In this document: positions 20,218-31,600 of the stretch, one piece after another
Layout: every line of letters starts with the position of its first letter
Position numbering within the stretch: the first letter of the stretch is position 1
DNA from: a virus
Direction: 5' to 3' (one strand)
Virus record (IMG/VR): IMGVR_UViG_3300042474_001633
Location: 64,001-128,000 of that record
DNA: 64,000 bases
Program-made: the position numbers and the translations under genes
Notes under the pieces: model-generated
What the model saw: only the letters and a program-made list of their open reading frames with translations
Databases searched by the model: none
What the model was told of the DNA's origin: nothing

Positions 20218-22571
20218 TGAAAAATGAAGAAGAGTTAGTCCCTAAGCTTTTCTCTAAAAAGAAAAAACGCACACGTAAGCGTTCTGCTGGAGAACATCGT
20301 GACGGATGGGAAAATTTGGGGGAACGTGGCGTTGTCAGAATAGATGCAAGCCCTGGTGGTGGAATAACAGGGGTTAATGTCGGCGGTATTTCTGGAAAGG
20401 GAGTGCCACGGGTCGGCCGTAGATTGGGCTCAATAGGTAGGGCTGCAAGAAGGAAATTTCAAAAAGTTTCACGAGATGGTGACGGTGATGGAAAATGGAC
20501 AAACCCCCTTACGGGTGAAGACAATTTGCCATACAACCCTTCTGGAAAACCAGACGCGACTGATTTGCCTGGTGCAATAAACCTACCAAGCCCCAGCGAC
20601 ACAAATGGTCGGCAACGACGCAAGTTTCTTTCAGATATGGAAAATCACGTAATGAGATTGACCACTGGGGGGATAGATTCTCTGGAAGTTGAAATTGAAG
20701 ACAGAATCACAGCAATGCAGTTGAGAGGCCGGGTTCACTACTGGAATAGACCGGGAACCAGGGATATAAAAACTTCTTACAATGGAAATAAATTCAGAGC
20801 CTACGCTTCAACTGGTCCTAAGTCTGGGAAAAAAGTAACAATTAGCGGAGCAATGGCGTCCGGTCCACCCAGGAATGAAACACCCTACATCGGTGACGAA
20901 AAACTGATTGAAGAGCAGGCAAACCAAACACAAAAGTTTTTGCGCTGGAAGCAGAATGACGATTGGAAAAATTTCCACATTGAGCATTACGACTGGTGGA
21001 CATTCCCAATAGACAAAGGCTCTGGACCGTACGGATTTATGTACGACGTCAGTGGCGAGCCACTTGAAAGGCTTAAACAAAACCAGAGTTATCTTGCATC
21101 GATTCGAGATGCAGCTTCCGCCTACATGGAAAGCCTTGGATGGAACATGAGAACCGGGTGGTGGATTCCAAATCCAAGACCAGACCAAAAACCTAACGGG
21201 AACATAAATCAACAGCGTTTGTTTAAAATAGGACGGTCGCTTCAAATACACGAACTGAATGATTCTTTCAATTCTGTGCGGCACCTAGTGGAGACACTGA
21301 AGGCTAATGGGGTGCGCGTAGGGAACGATGAATACTGGTCAAATCCGAGCAAATACACACCAAGGTCTCGTTTTAAAGATTCTGATGGCGTTGTTGGAAG
21401 GATGGCTCTCGGAATTAGTCCAAAAGCATTCAAGGGTCACCAGGAGTTAATTGACCCAATGGATGCCAGCTTCAGGAGGGTGTGGAATGATAGAGATGAA
21501 CGAAATGCAATTAAAAGCAAAATAAAAAATGATTTGACTTTTGATTGGAAGGACGAAAACTCGCGCAGGGATTATATTAATAAACTTTGGAGAAATGACC
21601 TAACCCCAGAATACGCAAATTTTGCTAAAAAGATTTCTCCGCAAACAAGAAATTCTGCTGATGGAAAAACCGGTCTAAACCCAATACTGAAGGAAAACCT
21701 TGGCCTCATAAATGATTTGGGTGTTCACTGGACATCACGAACGGGTGCGCGCGGTCAAGCAACATTTCGAGACCAATATGGCTCCCTGTTCGGGCACGCC
21801 ACAACACCAATGGGAGAGGACGCATACGCCAATCAAGTCAGAGATATTCTAGGCTATTTTGCACCGACGATTAATCCAGATTTGTATTGGAATAGATTTG
21901 AATCGTGGATTAGGAATCCATTTTCTGTAGTTCGTGATAAAAAGACCGGAAACGACATAGGAGTGCGACTTTACTTCAATGACGACAGAGATGAGCTGGT
22001 TAAAGAATTTAATAAAAGAATTACACGTCTCTATGCAGCTGTCGCCGAGGCATACGGCCATAGGCCCGAAGACAAGCCTTTTATTCCCTTGCCCGAACAT
22101 GAGGAAATGGACACCTTTTCACAAGATGATGTTTTGGAGTACATCCGAAAGCAGATGAATGCGTTGATTAATTCCCCCGAGCTGCCCATGCACCAAACAC
22201 CAACGGTTGAAGCGTTGAGAAAAGAACTTATTGAGTACATGTCGGTCAGCAATCCACAGAGCATCGATAATTTGGCGCCGATTACGTCAACCTGGTTTGA
22301 GGAATACCTCAAAAGAAACCAGCCTGGATATCTAAAGCGCACGCTGAATTCAAATCCAAACTTTCTGCGTCGAAGCCTCGCTGACGACCTGGACGCAAAC
22401 AAACGCAGGGACTTGGTGGAAATGATGGAGATTGTCTTGTCTTATCCTGGTAATTCGAACCTGAGCGCAGAGCGACTCAAGCGTTCTCACTTTCCAGAAA
22501 AAGATTTCACAGAAGAGATGATTCAAGAAGAAAGAGATAGGCAGGTGGGGATAAAAAATGTCAACAGTTGA
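20217..22571 (+). CDS. 784-aa protein with central OGFr/DUF1810-like domain
   Basis: HYDWWTFPID and RLFKIGRSL resemble OGFr-N motifs (H.YIQW.FP, RITRILKSL). The domain is bounded by ISGAMA and VVGRMA. Confidence 0.65.
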   Translation: MKNEEELVPKLFSKKKKRTRKRSAGEHRDGWENLGERGVVRIDASPGGGITGVNVGGISGKGVPRVGRRLGSIGRAARRKFQKVSRDGDGDGKWTNPLTGEDNLPYNPSGKPDATDLPGAINLPSPSDTNGRQRRKFLSDMENHVMRLTTGGIDSLEVEIEDRITAMQLRGRVHYWNRPGTRDIKTSYNGNKFRAYASTGPKSGKKVTISGAMASGPPRNETPYIGDEKLIEEQANQTQKFLRWKQNDDWKNFHIEHYDWWTFPIDKGSGPYGFMYDVSGEPLERLKQNQSYLASIRDAASAYMESLGWNMRTGWWIPNPRPDQKPNGNINQQRLFKIGRSLQIHELNDSFNSVRHLVETLKANGVRVGNDEYWSNPSKYTPRSRFKDSDGVVGRMALGISPKAFKGHQELIDPMDASFRRVWNDRDERNAIKSKIKNDLTFDWKDENSRRDYINKLWRNDLTPEYANFAKKISPQTRNSADGKTGLNPILKENLGLINDLGVHWTSRTGARGQATFRDQYGSLFGHATTPMGEDAYANQVRDILGYFAPTINPDLYWNRFESWIRNPFSVVRDKKTGNDIGVRLYFNDDRDELVKEFNKRITRLYAAVAEAYGHRPEDKPFIPLPEHEEMDTFSQDDVLEYIRKQMNALINSPELPMHQTPTVEALRKELIEYMSVSNPQSIDNLAPITSTWFEEYLKRNQPGYLKRTLNSNPNFLRRSLADDLDANKRRDLVEMMEIVLSYPGNSNLSAERLKRSHFPEKDFTEEMIQEERDRQVGIKNVNS

Positions 22572-22674
22572 CACCAGGCTTTCACTACTCCCGCCATCGA
22601 GCACTCGTAAAGTAAGATTGTTTCATCTGCTTCTATCGCAAATCAGCGATATTCGAGAAAATTAACGAGCCTCC

Positions 22675-25600
22675 ATGGATGATTCCGCAGAAATGCAAAA
22701 CATAGAAGAAAAGGTGATTTTTGGCGCTCGCGTCGTGAATCCATCCGACCCCGACGTGTTTGACAACCCGGATTCGGCCAGAGTTAGAGCAAGACAAATC
22801 GGTTGCATTGGAATCAGAAGATATAACAACCGAAGCGGAGCCGCATCATGGATGCCATGCACAAACGAATCTGACTACAGGAGAGTATCTGGCATCGGCC
22901 ACTCAGGTAGAAGATTTAGAAGACAAGAAATTGAGCGCGAGGTACGCAGGGTAATCGGCGGTCGTGGTGGTCGCAAGGTCGACTCCAAAAGCGCAAACTA
23001 TACAAAACCAGAGGTTCGAGAAACTCTAAAGAAAAGAATTATGGCTGGCTCAAAGGGTGGAAACCCGGGTCAGTGGAGTGCAAGGAAGGCTCAGCTACTT
23101 GCAATCGCATACAGAAAAGCTGGTGGTGGCTACAAGGGTGGAAAGACAAAAAAACAACGTTCACTTTCGAAGTGGACAAAACAAAAGTGGCGCACTTCTG
23201 ACGGCAAACCTGCTCGTCGTGGAAACGTGACGCGACGCTATCTTCCTGCAGCAGCATGGAACCGTCTAACTGTCGGCCAACGAGCCGCAACGAATAGAAA
23301 AAAAATTCAAGGGAGCAGAGAGGGACGTCAGTTCGTTGAAAACACAGAAGCAGCGAAGCGTGCACGCAAGCGTTCGACCCGCGGGCAAAAACACATCGAG
23401 TTTTACGAGGATTTCGAGTTTAAGGCAATCGGCTCACGGATAGGAAAAGTAACAAGACAAAGAAATTTTGGCTCATCCACTGGTGGGCGGGTAGCTAGAA
23501 GAATAGGTGGAAAGCTTCGCGGTGCATTCGCTACCTTCGACCCCAGTGCAAGAGACGCAGATGGAGACAACATCGTCCAGGAAGGAACTATTCAAGAACG
23601 ACGTATTGGTACGAGAATCACCCAGGCTGCACGGAGAGCTGCCGCAAGTACACCAGACAACATTGGAAGAATACGACGTCAACCACAGGTTGATGAAGCA
23701 CGTGCTTTTGGTAGAGCTGAACGACTTGCCGACGGAAGATACGCGACAACGCTTCCTTCTAGTATTGCGCGGACACAGCCTTCACCAAGAAAAATTCGAA
23801 GAGGTTCTACACAGACTAGACGCATCGAAGAGACCAAGCCGAAAAAAATACGTCAGTCAAAGCGCCCAGAGACCAAGCCAACAACGGAAATCCGTGCGGC
23901 AGTGCGTGATGCAAAACCGGAGCCGAAACTATACCCACCTCAGTACGAGCGTGACGCAATTCGAAGCATTAGGGATAGTCGTCCAGAAATATACAGACAG
24001 TTCATCACTGGTGAATCAACTGTTGCCGAAATTGCAGACCGATTTGATGTCGTTAGGGACGAAATACAACAAGCGATTAACCAACATAAAAAGTTAAGAA
24101 AATCGAACCGGAATAAATTCACAAACAACAATCCACGATTAACCAGAGCAATTGAAAAGTTTTCCAACTCCAGAAACGCATTCACGGAAGCAATATCCGA
24201 AGGCAGGTTCCGAGACTGGGACTCCATGGTTCAATACGTTTTTAGAAATCCTGATTCATCAAAAAATCGCGACAATATGGTTCAAGACCTGTTCGACACA
24301 TTCAAGACAGGAAGGAACCCGGACCGCTCAAGCAATATAAGTCTTGGCTATGTGCCAAGTGTTAGAGAAGATGACAAGAGACTTGTAAAAACTTTCTCCG
24401 ACTCACGCAAACCGCGACCAGGATTCCGCGGTCTCGACCAGTTCGAAGTGCAGCCAAAGAGAACTACTTCTGCTGCTTCCTTTGAACAGCGCACTCCGCG
24501 TTCGTACAGAAGAGACGACTTGATTGCAGACGCAATGGCTGGTGGTTACACAATCACCGGCAAGATGTCGGGCTCAATGACGCCAAAACAGGAGCAAGAG
24601 TGGAAAAGGAAAGAATGGAAGCGCCAGCAACTCAAAGGATTTGCCATCGACCCGAATGCTTCTGCGAAATTCCCTTCATTAAACGCAGTTCTTGCTGGCA
24701 GAGACGTAACCAAGTCCATAGAGGCGCTTGATGCTCTTGACGATACCCAATTGGATAATTTATGGACATCGACAATTGGAGATATATCTTCGGTCCCTGG
24801 GATGTCCGTTCCTGCATATCAAGCAAAGAATGCGCCACTGTCCCCGAGGGAGCTTGCTCTTGCCGCATCAGTTAAGAGACCGCTAGTTAAAGCGTTTGTT
24901 GATGAATACAAGAAGTTTAATGCAGGTGGCCTAATTGCCGGCCTGGATATCGATGCAATGAGTGATGCTGATATTCAGTCATTCTTCAATACTTTTGTTT
25001 TGCCAGAGTTAACAAACACAGGCTCGCCTTCTGTGCAGGACGTCGAGCAGGCAGCACAACTTCTTCCAACCCAAGCAAGACTGTCAGATGCAGAAAGACT
25101 ACTAGCGGCGCTACCGTCATCATTTCAAACTCTTGAATACAGAATGAAGGTCGGTCGCAAGGTGCTTGCCGAAGAGGGGTACGACGTTGATACCCCAGAA
25201 TTCGACGCAGCTCTTCAAAGATTCCTCGATGAATCAGAGCAAAAGGACTTAGACAATTTCAACGAACAGCTAACCACTTGGCTCAATGGCGGGAAGCCAG
25301 TAAAAGCAGTTAAGAAAATCCCAATCAATCCGGATACAAACGAACCTTACACAGAACAAGAACTGCGAGACCAGATTGACGCCGTATCCGAGGCAATTGA
25401 AGTAATTCAGGAAAATTTTGACCCTGAAATGTTCAATGAATTGCAGCAGATAAACGGCATAACTTCTCTCCTAAATGAAGCAATGGCTCTTGAGACATTC
25501 CTAAATGACCCTACAAAAGTTCCCGACGAAAGCCTTCTGCCGATAAACACATCAACTGGGAAACCGTATACGTTGCGCGAATGGATTGAGTCTGGGGCAT

Positions 25601-28600
25601 TCAAATTGTTTCGTATGTACGACAACCCAGCTACAAAAAAACCATTCACAGACGCAGAACTTATGGAAGTTCTCTTCAACCTTGCATTACAACGCAGAGA
25701 AATAGAAAACAAGATAGGGCCATCAATCCTTTCCGACTTCAACAAGCTCGAAGCTTTCAACAGAAGGCTGATTAACGCACTAGCTGGTTTAGCAGAAGAA
25801 GACGAAGACGAATTTGAGCTATCGCCCGGAGACCTGCTTGATGGCGAAGAAGAAGAAGGAGAAGAAGGAGGCATGCAGCCAGACCCTCCCTCGATTGAGG
25901 AAATGCAGCAAGCAAACCAAGACATCCTCGACTCCCAGGCGGAGCGCCTACAAAATCGCCCTGAAGTTGGCGATGAGTTCACCAAGGATGATGTGAAAAA
26001 TATACGCGACACAATATCCTCCATCAAGAAAAACCAAGAACCAACCACTGCAGCTCCAGATACTGATGAATACTGGGAAAGATTCGGTCCTTATGATGGC
26101 GACAAAAATCACCCTCTCAACCAGGTAACTGACGCCGAGGGTAAAGAAGTTGGTCTTAATTCAAAAGAATACCAAGTAGATAAAAATTTGTGGAACGAGT
26201 ATCTGGCTGGAAACTATGCACAAGAATGGTCAGACATACACAACAGTCACATAATTGCACGATATACGGACGTGCCGGAAGAACTTAGTCGTTACAACGG
26301 CGAGTTCGAAGAGGGCGCAGACCCAGCGTTGATTGACCCCAATATTCGGTGGGACAAACTAATCGATGTGCTTCAGCAGACAAACCCTGAACTATTCCGC
26401 AAAGACCCGAAAACTGGCGAGGTTGTTGGGGAGACACTCGATAATCTTGCTCAACAACTTGGTCTGCAGAATTATGGTGGGGCATCATTCTCAGCAAGAG
26501 CAGGACGAGTGACTGATGCGTCTGGAGAGATTATTGATACCAGCGGACCGCAATACAGAAGATTGCTTGGTGAACTCGCAAAGGATGAGCGCTTAAAGCA
26601 AAATGAGCAGTATTTGGGTTCTACGAAAGCTGCCGCAAAAGAACGTGCGAAGCTTTGGAACTTATTTGAGGTAGGGACTTTAACACCAGAAGAAATTGCT
26701 TTTCAGGAAGAAATTCGAGACGTAAACACTGTTGTCCAGGCATTGCATATGCACGAGGTTGATAACAGTATACCAAGTGCAAACAGGACCAATCTCGATG
26801 GAGTGGCAAGAACGGCCTTTCAGACAAGAAAAGCGGCATTCGAAAAAGCCAAGACAAAAAAACTAATTGAAGGTATACGCGAAATAGCAAGACTTTCAAA
26901 CCCGAATGTCTCCACTAGGGCTACAGCTAGTGACCTTCAGAACACAATCGATAGGGCAATTACGTATCTTGACGAAACAATAAAGAAGATTGGAATTGAA
27001 TACGACCAGTTCAGAAGAACGAAACAGATGCTTCACGGCATGATTTCTTCCCTACTAAAAACGAGACCGGGATTATTCGAGGTCGACCCCAAAAATCCAA
27101 ATCAACGAAATAGATTCGGCCAGACCGGTTGGAATAGGGCCAAAGAACCGCTCCTTAGGTATATGAACCGCATCTATAAGTGGAACGAAGAAATGTTTGG
27201 CTATGTCGACAGGAGAACAGGCGAGACGAAGCGCGGGCTCTTGCGCATCCTGGTCGAATATGAGCGCTCTCTTGCTCTTCAGACAGGCGACCCGGCTGGT
27301 TCGTCATCTACAACCGCAATTTTTAATCGTGCGCGGCAAAGAAAACAAGAGCTCGAGCGATTCAAGGGAGAATTGCAGTCGCTATCGCAACAGGCGCAAA
27401 GTCAGGGCATTACCGGATTCATGAAGGGTGCTGGGGCGCTTGGACGAGCTGAAGATTCTGCTCGCAGAGGTGCCCGGAGGGCCGCTGAAGGAAGATTCGG
27501 ATTTGCAGACCCTCGAATTCTCAAGAGGTATGACCGCGCGGGATTTGATGTAACCAAGCCAATGCTTGGAAACGCATCGGGGTTTAATAAGCGATTCAAT
27601 CGGGAGATACAAGAGGCAATTCGTAATAACAATAAAAGCATGGAGAGTTCCCCGGCGTTTAATCGGCTTAACCAGAATGAAAAGTCTTACATGAGACTAC
27701 TAGAAGCCGTGAACAATACACCAAGGCTCTTTGGGAATGAAGAAAATCCTGCTCGCTTACGTCAACAAACGGGTCGAGTCGGTCAAACTGGTTTGAACCC
27801 TAGCGTTCGCACACCAAGATATGTAACTCCATACGTAAACAGAAGACCAACAGAATTTTACAAATCCGGCATAACAGGCAGAATGGAAGGCACTTCTCGC
27901 AACGAAAGAATTAAGAATTTTGGCGGCAAAGACAAACTAAAGATTGGTGGATTTCTAGAAGTTGTGCCAGAAGAACTAGAAGACGGTCGCTGGTACATGG
28001 TCAATAGGCATGGTGAAATAATGTCACCAGAGTCTTATACAAACGAAGACGCCGCCTACAAGGCGAGCCTGGCTCTTGGGAGAAAATTTAGAGAACAGCA
28101 ACGTGGCCAAGAGCTTCCACAAAACACAGCTGAGTGGGAAGCTGCGCGTCTTGGACTCAGACAAAGTGGTTATCGAGCTGCCTCGGTTCACCGTCAAAAC
28201 CTTGCAGACATTGCGCCAATCAAGGCTGACGGAACAAAAAACGAATACATATTTGCTGTTGACAAACGCCCCAAGCAAAGGGCTGGAGACGCATTAATTA
28301 TCAGGAAGAACCCATCTACTGGCGCGCTCGAGGCATTGGTCATCGAAAGAGGTTTTGGCCCACATAGAAAAGATGGTGAAGGAACCGTTGCTCTTCCTGG
28401 TGGATTTTTTGACCAAAGCAAGGGAGACGCGGACCTTTTCGATTCAGCTCTACGAGAAGCCCTCGAAGAAACAGGACTTCGTCCGGAAGACCTAATTACT
28501 TCACAGAAGCTGGGAACAATCGATTCCCCAGACTGGGACCCTCGTTTTGCCGAAGGCATAGAAGTTTCTGCAGTTCTCGTGGAAGTTCCATCCACTTGGG

Positions 28601-31600
28601 AACCAACAGCTGGCGATGATGCAGAATCAGCTCGATTCGTTCCACTGGTAGACCTTGCCAGTGGAGATATTCCACTTGGATTCGGACACGCAGCGTGGTT
28701 CGATGCAGCTTTTTCCGCCCATGAGGACCCGGAATTATCGTCCCTGGGAGAAAAATTCTCCCACCTCAACTGGTTGGCAAGACAACGTCAACAGAGAATA
28801 ATACGAGACGCTAACGAATTGCGCGTGGCCTACAACGCCGAAAGACTTGAGCGAGACCTAACTTTATTTGACCAAGAAAATCCACGCCTAAAACTTTTTC
28901 CAACAGAACTTCCAGACACAACAAATGGGGGCTGGAGGCCAACTGGTTCGGAGTTTGATGCAATATCCAAGCCGAGAGTGGCAAGAATCATCAAAGAAGC
29001 ACATGCTCATCTAGACGCTCTGATTAACACAGAGAGAGCCAAGCGTGGATTGCCACCAAAGAGAACCAAGAGAAATCTTCCAGAGATACCGCCTGGGGCA
29101 GTATCTGGTGCGATGCGTGCAGCAATGACCGAAATGGGCCCTGACGAATTTGACAAGGTAAGTCGTCTTGACAACGGAAGAGATAACCCAGCTGCAAGAA
29201 AGTTTATTGATGACGTAATCAACTTGCGTATGGCCGGTATGGATAAATACTCAATCGCTAAATTCATGTCAGATAAAGCAGCGCTTGAATTCGCGATACG
29301 CGACAATGGAAATTCCCCAGAACCAAAAGACCTCATTAGAAGTCATAATTCAAAAGCGGATAGAGGCAGCGAGCTAGCCGGCCTGGCTCCGACAGATGAA
29401 CTTATTTTTAGAATAATCTCTGAAAGAAAACTCAACACAACTGGCAACTCACGAAGCAGGTTCTCCACCGCGGTTCGTGGAGTCGAGCCGCAGGATAAGT
29501 TTACGAAGCAAAGAAACGATGCAGCAAAAGACGTGATGACGCTCGCCCTTGAGGGGATGTCAACAGCAGAGATAGCAGACATCTTGGATATTTCCAAAGG
29601 GAGAGTTGGAAGCACCCTTCGTCGAATGGGCATGCAAGACAGGGATGGCTCTACAACTATTGGTGATATGAGTGATTCAATTCGCCGCTATGAGCAGTCC
29701 CCAAATCAAAAAGCCATGTATGTGGACTCAATGTATAAGCGGATGTCTCTTTCGGAAATATCCAGAAAGTACAAACTTACCGAATCAGAGGTTAGAGAAT
29801 CGGTTGAGTCATACAGGGATAATGTGGAATCGCTGCAGCCGGAACACCACGCCATCTACCGTAAAGCGCTAACCGATATCGAAGCAGATGTACTTTCCCG
29901 AGACGAAGAGCAAATTACAAGAATGAGACTCGATGGCCTTTCGATTTCTGATATATCTGAAGTCACAAAAATGGACAATGGACGAGTAAAGACCATAGAG
30001 CAGCGAGCTCTTTATAAACTTCGCAGAAACAATTCTGATGAATTTATGGGAGTCAAGCGCGACCTCGACGTAATCAACTACAGAAGAACGCCAAGCATGA
30101 ACTACATGGTTGGCGGTATGACCGATATTGAGAGAGATGGCGTCTACTTCAGCGCGAGAGACCTTAGAGACTTCCGAAACAACGACAAAGACATATACAT
30201 AATGAATCAGCATATGGGGTCTTCCGTGAAGGATATTGCCTCAAGATTCAAGATGTCAGAAGATGCTGTGCGCCAATCAATCGAATCCTACTCGTCAGCA
30301 ATTGAAAAAACTGACACATTCAAACACAAAGCTCTTCGGCGCGTTCTCGCGACGAATAATTCCTCCCTTAGTGGCGCGGACATTGACATTATAAACATGC
30401 GTAATGACGGTGCATCAATCGACGATATCGCTAGGTATTTTGAGGTCCCCTCAGAGTCCGTGAGAGCTCGACAGATTGCTGTTATGTCCAAGTTGAACAA
30501 CTCTGATGGAATCAGCGGCGCAATGAAGGGTGTTCCGAATATTGAATCACGCAATTTATACAGAGAGCTTGGTGTTGATGAATCAGCTCCCCAACGCGAG
30601 ATTGACGATGCTTTTACTTCTGAGGTTTCTGGAATCATGTCCAGGGCGATGAAAAATGAACCGAACTCGGTTGACCGCTTGTATACAATCTCGGAGGCCT
30701 ACAAGGTTTTGTCCAACCCTGCAGCCAGAGAGTCGTACGATAACTTCGACTTTGACGACAACGACGACTTTATGGAAATTCCAGAGCTTGATAAGTTGTT
30801 TGACTCTTGGCCAATGTCTCAATATGTTGAGCCATCAACAAATAAGATTCGTCCGCCGTGGGTCGCAGACGCGATACTTGGCGAATACAGACAGTACGAC
30901 AACTTTGTCAAAATGCCGCATCATCTTGGCTCTGATGAAATAACTGATGACATCGACGATGGTTTCTTGGGCTTTAACATAAATGATTCCGATAGAGACC
31001 TGGCGATTAGCGACATGTATTACCGCGAGCCGATTCCTGGAACAAAAGAATGGGATATGGGCCAGCGAGCGGCTGACCGAGCTCGAGCCAGCGGAGACAC
31101 AAGAATAACGTTTGACAAAGACGGATTTATTTCTGGGTCCACTATGAATTTTGACCCAAGATTTGATGACCCTCAGTCTCCGGTTTATATCGGTGATAGA
31201 TACGGCGGCCCCCAAAAAGGAGCACGGCTAGACCAGCCAATGATTTCTGGTGGAATGGATTCTGAGTCAAAAAAAAAATTCAGCAAACTACTCCCTGAAA
31301 GTCTGAGCGAAAGCTCCACTAGATATCCAGGTAATTCCCGTCCGTCCAAAAAGGATATGACGCTCATCAAGACCTCGTCGGATAGGCTCCGAAGTACGGA
31401 AATTCTCCCGATAGCCGAAGTCTTTGACTTTGAATTCAGCGGACCAGATGGCGAGCGTTACGAATCGGGCATCCTGACAATTGCACAAAGACCCGTAGTT
31501 GTCGTCCGTTTTTATGACGATATCAATGTTCCCTTCTACATAAGTTCTGGACGCGGCGGAAAGAAGGATGTCGCTACGGGCAAATGGTATCCATTCTGGG

